A stretch of DNA of 64,000 bases, from NCBI GenBank assembly GCA_951406725.2, contig OX597831.1, forward strand, positions 55,180,001 to 55,244,000. The letters run 5' to 3'. Positions 53,108 through 64,000 of this stretch are shown in pieces (within the stretch, counting starts at the first letter, position 1; every line of letters starts with the position of its first letter). The translations under genes were made by a program, and so were the position numbers. The notes beneath the pieces are model-generated. The model ran no database searches and had not been told where the DNA came from. It saw only the letters and a list, made by a program, of their open reading frames with translations. The stretch comes from Octopus vulgaris (Eukaryota).

Positions 53108-54145
53108 ATTTTTGTCCCTCACCATCGCTTGACAACTGATGTTGGTGTTTTTATGTCCCTGTAAATTAGTGGTTTGGCAAAAGAGGCCAACAGAATAAGT
53201 ACTAGGCTTACAAGAAGAAGTCTCGAGGCCGATTTCTTCAGCTAAAGCCCTTTAAGGCCATGCTCCAGCATGGTTGCAGTCAAATGATTGAAACAAATAA
53301 AAGAACACACACACACAATGAGCTTCTTTCAATTTCTGTCAAACAAATCCACTCACAAATCTTTGGTCAACCAGGGGCTATAGTACAAGACACTTTCCCA
53401 AGGTGCCATGCAGTGGGACAGAACCTGGAACCATATGGTTGAGTAGCAAACCTCTTACTACACAGCCATGCCTGTTCCTGTTCTTTTGCTAGGTAAGTGC
53501 AGATGGACGAGGCCCAGTATCTTGTTCCTAATGCAGTAGTGTGCCAGTAAAGAGATACAAACTTATCATATTATTTCAGTGAAGACTGTGATTTTATCAA
53601 CGAAAACATATCACAACTACACTTTCTGTGCTAACAGAAAAATCAATTAGCCAATAAACGGACTATTTATCAGCTAAATACTTTCTCATGTTAATCTAAA
53701 TTCTCTTATATCATTCCTAATGCTTGATCCATTAGCTATAGCAACCAAATTTTACCTCAAATCACACCTAGATTTTTTTAAAAAGAAATGAAAGACATGT
53801 TGGTTACTGCAGTCCAACTTACATGAAACAGGAAAAGGGACAAAGCAGGACAATTGTGGCTGGAATTACTTTTTGTTACGGATCTGCTTTATCAGGGCCA
53901 ACTTGGGTATTAAACAACAACAATAACAACAGCAGCATTGGTCAATAGTATATAAAATGGACTCTCCTGACCAGGATGCATCCTTAATGAAATTACAAAA
54001 CAGTGAAGCTGTATGGCAAGAAGTTTGCTTCCCAACAACATGGTTTCTGATTCACGGCACTTTGGGAAAGTGTCTTCTACTACAGTACTGTGCTGGCCAA
54101 AACCTTTTGAGTGGATTTGGAAAAAGGAAACTGCAAGAACCTCAT

Positions 54146-54201
<56 letters not shown>

Positions 54202-54203
<2 letters not shown>

Positions 54204-55015
54204 TTCAGCAAAAATTTAGATTCAAATGAATATGGTACTTAATTTAGATGCACCAGAATTCTGTATGGTGTTGTCCATAAAAATCCGTGGGGTGATTATA
54301 ATCAAAATAAGCAACAAGAAAGACTCCGGTAATTTGGTACGATCATTTCGTACTACATCATTTTATTAAATGTTGTAAGCATTACAACAGTTTTAAAATG
54401 CTGAGCACTCATCAGCCAATTATAGAGGTTTTCCATTAATACAAAAATTTTCATATCAAGTGGCAACATTATAGAGAAGGTAAACAACAATACAAAGTGT
54501 GTAGCCCTTAAAACAGTTTTTGTGCATTTACAGAGAATACCAAATTATTTACACAGGATCTTGTTTTTAGGAATCAAATAAAGTAACCCCGAAAAGGGCT
54601 TTAATGTGTTCCCAGAGTGTATAGAACTTAGAAGGAAATACTAATAAGGTATGTTTTTTTTAAAATCGTGAAGCATGTTATGTAATAACAGGTTAATCAG
54701 ATATGAAATAATAACAATTCAAAGTAAAAGCAAATAACTCTAAAAAGGGCTTTTGTGTGTTCCCAAAGAATATTACCCTCAGCGGTGCTAGTGTTGGTAT
54801 ATTCGTGAATAAGTCACTAACCAAAATAAGTGGATCTATTGTTTAGGAAAATACTATTTACTTGTTTAAGGGTTGTACTGGATAAATTGCAAAAATAACT
54901 CTAACAGTTCAAATACTAAGATATAAGCATACTCAATTTGATTTTTACCAAACAATTTAGGAAAATGAATAGGTTATTTCCCTTGGATGTTAAAATAAAA
55001 TATAATATTTATATA
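54202..55015 (-). mobile_element. PLE 3' fragment (pseudo-LTR with hammerhead) nested in a family A SINE
   Basis: Bounded by TA tracts and contains the canonical hammerhead at 54331-54421; SINE A halves at ~54005-54147 and ~55470-55636. Confidence 0.6.
54331..54421 (-). ncRNA. Type I hammerhead ribozyme, canonical core, long stem II
   Basis: Minus strand: aattgg-CTGATGA-gtgct[cagcatttta..tgttgtaa tgc ttacaaca..taaaatgatg]t agtac-GAAA-tgatc-GTA-ccaaatt. Predicted cleavage between 54338 and 54337. Confidence 0.85.
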
Positions 55016-55019
55016 TAAG

Positions 55020-55148
55020 GATCCCTTTCAGGGGCCCTATTACCGATTTTTTTCAACAATATGAGTATGCCATGAGGTTTCCAGACATGAGTTCTACTCA
55101 CGTGTCAAGTTTCATCAAAATCGATAAAATAATATAAGGAGGAGTTAG

Positions 55149-55150
<2 letters not shown>
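55020..55150 (+). mobile_element. Helentron/DINE-like fragment
   Basis: tgtcaagtttcatcaaaatcg...ggaggagtt motif. Confidence 0.45.
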
Positions 55151-55194
<44 letters not shown>

Positions 55195-56057
55195 CCATTG
55201 TTGTTATTACAGTGCACTGTTGTGTCATTCAAAGCACATTATTTTTTACAAACAATGCACAATGCTTCAAGCAAACTACAATACTCTCCTAGACTATGGA
55301 TGATTAAATTATAACAGTTATTATAGTTCATTGTTATTACAGTGCATTGTTGTGTCATTCAAAATACATTATTTTTACAATATATATATATATATATATA
55401 TATACACGTGTGTGTGTGTGTTTGGAGAGAGAGAGAGATTGAAGCCCCCCTCCCTTTGGCCCTTCCCCCTGCCACTGCTTGACAACTGTGTTAGTTTGTT
55501 TACCTCCCCATCATTTATCAGTTCAGCTTGAGAGAGTGACAAAGTACCAGGCTTAAAAAAATAAGTTTATGTGACTAAAACCCTTCAAGATGGTGCCCCA
55601 GCAAGGCCACAGTTCAATGACTGAAACAAATAAAACATGATTTATAAGATAATATAGAAATTTCTCATCTTGAGATGAAGACCAAACAATCTAAATAATC
55701 TAATTCAGTAACAAATTTTGGACTGTTCACACAGCTTTATGTGTCTCTATATCTATCGATGCTTCTCTCTCACACTTGCTCTCTGCTCCCTTTAAATAAT
55801 TTATATCAAAGAAATACATTTCACAGAGAATTTGTTTGATGCAACTGCCAATCACATCTTGTGGGTGTAGCACTTCAGTTTGTGTAAGAAGGAAGGTGTT
55901 GTGCACAGTTGCTTTTTGACATGATGTGAGTCCATAGGCCTACCCTGGTGTTGGGTGTGACTTTTTTATTTTTTTAAATTCAATAACAAGAATTAATGAT
56001 CAAAGGTTTGCTGAAGCCAATGCAGTTAGGACAGGCGGAAACTGAAAAAAGTCCACC

Positions 56058-56201
<144 letters not shown>

Positions 56202-56220
56202 CATACATACATACATACAA

Positions 56221-56270
<50 letters not shown>

Positions 56271-56271
56271 A

Positions 56272-56441
56272 AGGCGCATGGCTCAGTGGTTAGAGCGTCG
56301 AGCTTATGATCGTGAGGTTGTGAGCTCGAATCCCGGACCGGGCTGCGTGTTGTGTTCTTGAGCAAGGCACTTTATTTCATGTTGCTCCAGTTCACTCAGC
56401 TGTAGAAATGAGTTGCGACGTCACTGGTGCCAAGCTGTATC
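56272..56441 (+). mobile_element. SINE family C 5' part inside a family A remnant (~56005-56545)
   Basis: Well-preserved tRNA head ggcgcatggctcagtggttagagcg...gagctcgaatccc plus CORE-like region. Confidence 0.85.
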
Positions 56442-57238
56442 GACTTAAAAGAAATAAATACTGGGGTCAAACCATTTGACTAAAACTTCAAAGCAGCACC
56501 CCAGCATGGCCACAGTTTAATGACTGAAACAAGTAAAAGATAAAACTACACTCATGAGTGTAACAGTTGATTGATGGACTTTTGAAATAGTTAACACTAA
56601 CCTCATGGAGAAAGAAAAGGGCAAAGAACTGGGGTTTTGCTTCCTTCTGAAAAAGAAGGTTTTGTTCAAAACATTTAATTTTTTTTTAAATTTTTGTCTG
56701 CCACTTCTGTACTCTCAGTGAATTTTTACTGGTGCTTTTCTCCATGAATTATTGCCAGCTATTCCAAAAGCCTGTCTTCCAACAACTGCACCTATCTCAC
56801 AATAACCTATCTCTGTAATAGTTTATTTCCCAATCCTTAAGTAAATTTTAAAAAATGATTGTAGATAATATGAAAGTATCAAAAACAGAGTGACAGATGC
56901 AGATTTCTAAACATTTTTTCTTGGATTGTTAGAATGGTTGTGATCTCATTAGTTAGTGTCTGTGTTGATAACTATGGGATTTCATTCCTGTATTCATTTG
57001 ATATTTTACATCTATTTTCCTATGCTGGTATAGGTTGGACAGGTGATTCTTTGAGATAACCATTTTGTTCTTCCTGTTTGGCAAGTAAGGGTGTTTTATT
57101 CCACTATTTTAAGAGCGTAGAACTACAGGACTAGATGTTCACTTGGAATGTAAACACAGCAACATAATTTTTTTTTTTTTGCTCAAATGATTTTATGCAA
57201 TAAATCAATAACAACTTTCACATGTGCAAACAGACAGA

Positions 57239-57272
<34 letters not shown>

Positions 57273-57667
57273 ATGGGCTTCCATACAGTTCTCTTATATC
57301 AGTTCAACTCAGAAGGCACTTGTCCAAGTCAACCATATAGCTATTCCTGTGTCTATCTATATCTAATTCAAATAATAAGAAATACTTCAACATCTCTTTA
57401 AGGATCACCTACAGTTGTTTCTGTACAAACTCTGCTTACATAAAAATTCAAAATGAAATTTAACATATTTGCAGTTTTATACATTAGAGTGGCACTTCAT
57501 CAGACTTACATCAAAGGTGTGCTCTTACATCTATATCTATCTACCCATTATCTCTCTCTCTTTATGCGTGTATATATATATATATATACAGCGGTGGTGC
57601 CCCAGCATGTCCACAGCCTTCAGGCTAAAACATTTTTAAGGATTTTTAAGGATTTATATATATATAT

Positions 57668-57790
57668 ATATAAATTAAATTAGAGATAAAACCACTATTA
57701 GGCATATCATACAGTGAAAAACAGTGGTTTTATCTCTAATTTAATTTATATTTATACTGTAAAATTAGATTTAATCCTAAATCTAATTTT
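57668..57790. repeat. 29-bp perfect inverted repeat plus a 13-bp hairpin
   Basis: 57668-57696 pairs with 57723-57751; aaaattagattta-atcc-taaatctaatttt at 57761-57790. Confidence 0.9.
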
Positions 57791-57815
57791 TCCCTGTAAG
57801 TTTGGATTTACTCCC

Positions 57816-57863
<48 letters not shown>

Positions 57864-58572
57864 TATGAAACACACACAAATACATACACAAAAGGCATAT
57901 CAAATGAATGAAGCAATGGTAGGGTAAGGAATGTTGTTAAAAAGTATTGTGAAATACTGAAATATCAGAGCAGAGGCAGTTTGAAGTGGTCAGATTAGAT
58001 GTGAGGTTTTACCAAGGTGGGCCTTCCAGACAACACGAACAGGGTAATTAAGAAGAATAGCAAAAAATGTTGCATTGCAGTATGTTAGCATGGCAAATGG
58101 ATGTCAAACCAATGATGACTAACAACAAATGATATCAACCAATAACAAAAATCAATATTTGCAACAACCAGTACCAAATAACAATTGTATATGTGTGCGA
58201 ATGAATGTATGTGCATGACCATGTATTTGATTGTGTGTACACATGTGAGGGTGTGAGCAACTATTTTGCTGAACAGCAAATCACTGGCATGATGTCAGTA
58301 TAAAATAGAGAAACAACAAACTAACAGAAAACTTACATTTTACATCAACATCAGCACATCAGAAAAGACAAAATACTTTCAACTTTAATTGAAATTACAT
58401 CAGCTTTCGACTTAAGCAAAGATTTTAAAACAAGAGTTTTGTACAGAGAAAATAACTAACACACACATGCATACGCAAACATACTTAAAAGCACATACAC
58501 ATGTGCGTACACATAGATACACACGTATAGGCATGTGTATGTACACACACACACACGCACACACACGCACAC

Positions 58573-58618
<46 letters not shown>

Positions 58619-59571
58619 ACAAATAAATCATTAAAAAATAAAAGAATGAATTTTGAATTTTAAATTATTTTATTCACAGTTGTAACTGCTGTAGAAATTT
58701 TGAAAGAAGTTTTCTGAATGTAATATCATCTGAACAGGTTGTTTACATCACATGAATGCTTAGGCTTGTATACACCTCATCACAAACAGGCAATACTACC
58801 CTAACTTACAAATATAAATACACTGAACCCTCAAGAAACGGAAGTCATTTCCCTGATTCTGCTACTTTTCTTTAATCAAACAAATACTGAGAAGGTATTT
58901 GGTCTGCACATTAGTACAGAATTAAAATACATCTACTAACTGCCTCCTCAGTTCAGTATTGTGATGGTAAAGGAATCAATCCTCAAATGTGAGACAACAG
59001 TACAAATACAACAGATAAGCACTCATAACCACACACGTTTATTTATATAGTTTGATTGATTTCTTTTTACACCAAACCTTGTTAGATTTTGGTTTTAATG
59101 ATTGGCAATTATCCAAGGGCAGGGGTCAATCAGATTTTTCAGCCTAGGATGATTGCTTTACTGTCACTAACCTTATGGATTTTCAATAATTATTTAACAG
59201 TATTATAATAATAATTACTACTACTAATATTACTACTACTACTACTAAAAATTACTATTCTATGTCTTCATGACAAAGCCAGCTTCTGAGGAAAATGTAA
59301 CCAAATGAATTGACTTTGATTAATACGTTTATGATATATATTTTACTGATCCCCCACCCCAGAGAGAGAGAGAGATGAAAACCAAAATCAGCCAAATAAG
59401 ATTTGAACACATAGGATATGAAATAAAATTTATTTTTTTATTTTTTTGAAAACAACTCTTCCTGTAACTATAAAATATAATTTTTTTTTATATAACTTTA
59501 TTGTGTGTGATGATTAAATTCTTCATAAGGTTTTACAAAACAAAATGTATTATGCACATACTGACATATAC

Positions 59572-59699
59572 AAATTCTACCGAGGGGTCGATAAATAAAG
59601 TACCAGTTTTGCACTTAGGTTGATGTAATCGACTTAATCCCTTTGACTGTACTTGTTTGTCCCCTCTATGTTAAGCCCCTTGTGGGCAGTAAAGAAATA
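59572..59699 (+). mobile_element. SINE family B 3' part with the same core deletion type as 34011
   Basis: aaattctaccgaggggtcgataaa...taaagaaata. Confidence 0.75.
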
Positions 59700-60064
59700 T
59701 ATATACATACATATGTACATATGTATGTATGTGTTATGTATTTATATATGTATATGCATACAGAAAACCATTCAGAATGAAAATGCAGTATCACTGATTT
59801 ATTTAGCTTACATGTGTTTCAAATAGCCTGGCACAATGCAAGCACTGCACATTGCAGTACTCATATTTAATCTGTCCTTCATTTGATTGATTTGATTTAC
59901 CAGAAATACAGAGCAACTTGCTGTTAAACTATTCCATTCAAAGCTAAAATGCTATTACTAAATTTTGTTTACATATACCAGACCACTGTCTCTATTATAT
60001 TACCCAGTGCTTGTTTCATGGTAAACAGTGGTATTTTTATCAGATGCCCCTAGTTTCATGATTA

Positions 60065-60210
60065 CCAGTGGTTGTGTGGTAAAACATGCTTGCCAACCAC
60101 ATGCTTCGAGATTCAGTTTCACTGCATGGCACCTTGGGAAAATGTCTTCTATAGCACCAGGCCATCTAATGTCTTATGAGTAGATTTTGTAGATGGAAAC
60201 TGAAAGAAGC

Positions 60211-60253
<43 letters not shown>

Positions 60254-61035
60254 CATTACTCAAGAAACAGGGAGAGAGAGTGAGAGAAAGTTGTGGCGAA
60301 AGAGTACAACAGGGGTCACCACCACCCCCTGCCGGAGCCTCGTGGAGCTTTTAGGTGCTTTTGCTCAATAAACACATACAACGCCCAGTCTGGGAATCAA
60401 AACCACGATCCTCCGACCGCGAGTCCGCTGCCCTAACCACTGGGCCATTGCGCCTCCACACATATACCTATATATATATACATATCATCATCATCATCGT
60501 TTAACGTCCGTTTTCCGTGCTAGCATGGGTTGGACGGTTTGACCGGGGTCTGGAAAGCCAGGAGGCTGCACCAGGCTCCAGTCTGATCTGGCAGTGTTTC
60601 TACAGCTGGATGCCCTGCCTAACGCCAACCACTCTGTGAGTGTAGTGGGTGTTTTTTACGTGCCAGGGGAGTCTGGCACCGGCCATGATCAGTTGGTGCT
60701 TTTTACGTGCTACTGGCACAGAAGCCAGTCAAGGCGGCGCTGGCATCGGCCATGTTCGGACGGTGCTTTTTACATGCCACAGATAGAAAGATAGATAAAT
60801 GTATGTACCTATGCATACCTTTGTGTGTGTGTGTGTGTGCACGCGCATTTATTTCCACCACCAGTTGATAACTGGGTTTGGTTTGTTTACATCCCTGTTA
60901 ACTTTGCAGTTTGACAAAAGAGAATGACAGAATTAGTACAGGCTTAAAGTAAAAAAAGTACTGGGGTCAATTTGTTCGACTAAACCCTCCAGTATGGCCA
61001 CAGTCTAAAGACTGAAACAAATAAAAAATAAAAGA
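60065..61035 (+). mobile_element. SINE family A split by a tRNA-SINE (family G, 60265-60458, minus) and a family D copy (60486-60780, minus)
   Basis: A halves at 60065-60217 and 60855-61035; G head on the minus strand ggaggcgcaatggcccagtggttagggc. Confidence 0.85.
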
Positions 61036-61845
61036 TACATACATACACACATTCTTGTTCTTTGGGTACACAAAACTTGTTAGTCCCTTTGCATTTCCTT
61101 CAGCCAGCTGTTACGTTGCCATACAGAGTTATCAGCTGAAATATCTGGATACAAGTTTAGAGACTTTGGAAGTCTGTCAACCGTCTTTCACAGGGATGGG
61201 CAGTCGGATTTGAACTCAAAATATATGCGGCCAAAACAGATACTACAACGACACACAAATTCACCATCTGAGACTGGTCCATTTTTATCAACCTCAAAAT
61301 AATGAAGGACAAAGTTGACCGAGAGCAAGGTTTGAACTCAAAACACAGAGAGCTGGAACAGCACTCTACCAATTCAGTACTGTGTGCGTGTGTGTGTGCG
61401 TATGTATGTATGTGTGTATGTAATTATGTATTTTGTATATATGTGCGCGTATGCATGTATGTGTGTGTTTGTGTACAAGACTTTTTTCTTAATTACAAAG
61501 TCCACAACATTTCTGTTGGTGAGTGTGTGTGTGTGTGTGTACGCATGCATGCATGTGTGTGCATGGGTGCATGCACTCATATGTACCTGTTTGATAATCA
61601 AGTTGTGTCAGAAATTATTTGAGAACCGTTCTTTAGTCTAATTTACTTCACTGCAAAATTCTCAACAATCAACTTCTAAAAGTGTATGCAAATTATTCCA
61701 ATTTTAACTTTCCACAAATGTAAATCTCAAAACACCAGGCTAATAATCTTCTAGTAGATAATTTAAATTCACTCAGAGTTATCCAAGACTTAGATTACAA
61801 AAACATATTCTAACAATATAAAGATGTAAAAGGTTTAAAAATCTT

Positions 61846-62215
61846 ATGGCTGAGTGGTTAAGAATCTCACTTTGCAACCATGTGGTTTTGGGTTCAGTCC
61901 CACTGTGCAACACCTTGGGTAAATAATATCTTCTACTATAGCCCCAGTCCAACCAATATATTGTGAGCAAATTTGATAGATGAAAACTGTGTCAAAGCCT
62001 GTTGTATATAAATGTGTGTGTGTTCTGTAGCCCTTCCACCACTTCTCAACTAGTGTGAGTTTGTTTACATCCTCATAAAATAAACAATTTGGCATAAGAG
62101 CCTGAGAGAATAAGCATCACAAAAAAAAATAAGTACTGGGGTCAGTTTGTTCAACTAAATCCTTCAAGTGATGCCCCAGCATGGTCACAGTCCAATGACT
62201 GAAACAAGTAAAAGA
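61846..62215 (+). mobile_element. SINE family A
   Basis: Full-length diverged copy. Confidence 0.8.
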
Positions 62216-62399
62216 CAAGTATTAGAAAATTTTTCACATTTTCACATTAAATGGCTCCTTAACAAATTTTACTGTGATGTGAGCATCAAGTCAGGTCACT
62301 GGTTTTGAGGATATCTTCCACCCTTTCTAGCACCAGTCTTCAAGGCACTTTCTTTATCTCCTGACTAAAAGATTAAGATTAAAAGAATAAATAAATCTC

Positions 62400-62730
62400 T
62401 TATCTTTTACTAGTTTCAGACATTGGACTGTGGCCTTGCTGGAGCACAACTTTGAAGGGTTTTTAGTGAAACAGAGTGACCCCAGTATTTATGTCATTTT
62501 TAAGTCCAGTACTGTAGAAACACTGCCAGATCAGACTGGGCCTGGTGCAGCCTTCTGGCTTCCCAGACCCCCAGGTGAACCGTCCAACCCATGCTAGCAT
62601 GGAAAGCGGACGTTAAACGATGATGATGATGATACTTATTTTTATCAGTCTATTTTACTGAACTGCTAAGTTACAAGGAATTACACAAACACTGTTGTCA
62701 AGCTGTGGGTGATAAAGACCAACACAGAAA
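62400..62730 (-). mobile_element. SINE family A 3' half interrupted by a 5'-truncated family D copy (62512-62633, plus)
   Basis: agtccagtact|gtagaaacactgcc...(gat)n|acttatt. Confidence 0.8.
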
Positions 62731-62757
62731 CCCCCCATACACACACACACACATTTT

Positions 62758-62925
62758 AGAGGTGTACTTGCTGGGCAAGTAACTTGATCTGAGACTGTTC
62801 AAACTAAACCAACTACAATGTGGAGAACATATTAGTGATTCAAAAATACTGAAAAAATATTAAATTTGCTTAAACATTTATTACTTAATGTCAAAATTTT
62901 CATCATGACCTGGTCACTGACATAA
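62758..62925 (-). mobile_element. Older copy of the 49089 element with a G3-C8 hammerhead-like motif at 62889-62922
   Basis: gaggtgtacttgc..gcaagtaacttgatctgaga matches 49090-49125. Minus strand: tgtca-GTGACCA-ggtcatgat-GAAA-attt-tgaca. Confidence 0.7.
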
Positions 62926-64000
62926 TTCCAACTAAAACATTGTTGTATCCCTGGACAAAATATATAATACTGCTAATTTCCACCAAACAGTGACTGCTTT
63001 TATTCCACAACTATGTACTTAGACATAGTAAAGGAATCCAGTTATAAAAGTGTTTTTCTCAAAGAATATGGCAAATTTGAAAAACAGCATCTTATGTTAG
63101 CATAGGAAAATAGAGGTTTAAAAAAAACAAGGGAACAACAATCTGGGTTAATTTTTTACATATGTACGTAACTATGAGATAAAAAATACATTATGTATAC
63201 ACGGTGGTTGATGAAGCTGTAAATTATATAGCCACAGACAGAGAAAGAAAGTAAAAGAAGAAATATATAATGTATATATAAGTAAAAAACTACTAGTGAG
63301 ATCACCTACTGACTTTGGAAGACATTTGAATAAACTGGAAATACTGTTGATAGTACAAGTAACCTTGAGATTTTTGCAAAAACTACTCCATATCAATTAC
63401 ATTTTGTTCCATTAAAAATTTGTGTATATACACACACACACACACACACACAGATTGCCATATAAACACATTAAATAATTTAAGTTAGAAATGTTGCTGG
63501 AGTTTTATGTTTCACAGTATGGTGTCTTACTGGGAAAAAAAGACAAGAAACTCCAGTTATTTAATGAAGTGAATAATAAATACATAGTAGCGAAATTATT
63601 ACACACTTGATGCTAAATGTCAAGAAATGTCAAAAGTAATTCAAAATCTCCAAACTTAATTTTGACCAATAATGTACACTCTGATAGACTGACCAGTTCA
63701 TTACAATATTGACTCTGTTCCCATAAGACTTGAGAATCTCACATTAACACAGACTCCATCTATTCAAATACCTACTGATGAAATCACAACAGATTTCAAG
63801 AATATATGCTTCAAGAAGTTCACTTATTGTTCTCTATAAGTAGTACAAAGCTGGTACATGTTATTGAGTTGCTCTTTTACTAAATAGCTTGTCAGCTTCA
63901 CCTGACATTTTAAAACAGGTACATTCATCACTTCCACATAGCATCATACTGTAACCTATCATTTCTCTCTCTTTTGAATAGCTTTTGAATACCATAATAA

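Larger units (their letters stand above)
51769..53305 (+). mobile_element. SINE family A split by three nested inserts (halves 51769-51917 and 53110-53305)
   Basis: The 5' half ends at gaaaaaagttcatc and the 3' half resumes at tttgtccctcaccatcgcttgacaac. Confidence 0.85.

Noticed and set aside
55188-55380. ~60-bp direct repeat as an LTR pair (also the 29-bp tandem at 49380-49437)
   Set aside because: No TG..CA ends, PBS or TSD; ordinary local duplications.
56272-56345. tRNA gene calls at SINE heads (also 60385-60458, 33278-33340, 23388-23450)
   Set aside because: No closed acceptor stem; they continue into SINE bodies or are heavily decayed.
56700-56820. Minus-strand exon candidate (EIGYCEIGAVVGRQAFG...)
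   Set aside because: No donor before the stop and no recognisable protein similarity.
63775-63800. CTGATGA-aatc/gatt hairpin
   Set aside because: No GAAA after the stem.
63772-63902. Minus-strand AG..GT-bounded segment
   Set aside because: All three frames contain stops.

Overview
AT-rich, microsatellite- and SINE-dense eukaryotic DNA whose repeat families look like those of an octopus (coleoid cephalopod) genome; the taxon is inferred from repeat content only. No host protein-coding exon could be supported, so the window is probably a large intron or intergenic DNA, and nearly all ORFs in the track are microsatellite or SINE artefacts. Recognisable content: several SINE families (labelled A-H here for convenience), TTAA/CCCTTT piggyBac-type MITEs, Helitron, mariner and Tigger remnants, RTE, R4/Dong and CR1-type LINE fragments, Penelope-like element (PLE) fragments, and a CpG-decayed tRNA-Trp pseudogene. 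The most interesting signal is a set of seven type I hammerhead ribozyme-like motifs found by eye in PLE-type inserts. One has a canonical core (54331-54421, minus). Two carry a swapped G3-C8 core (GUGANCA); one of these lies inside a TSD-flanked insert with a 76-bp fold-back. Also notable: an uninterrupted RTE ORF2 C-terminus with three C2H2 fingers, a repeated H-type pseudoknot module in an RTE-related SINE, and repeated nesting of elements into the central microsatellite of one SINE family. All structures were paired by hand, family names come from recalled motifs rather than database searches, and repeat boundaries are approximate.
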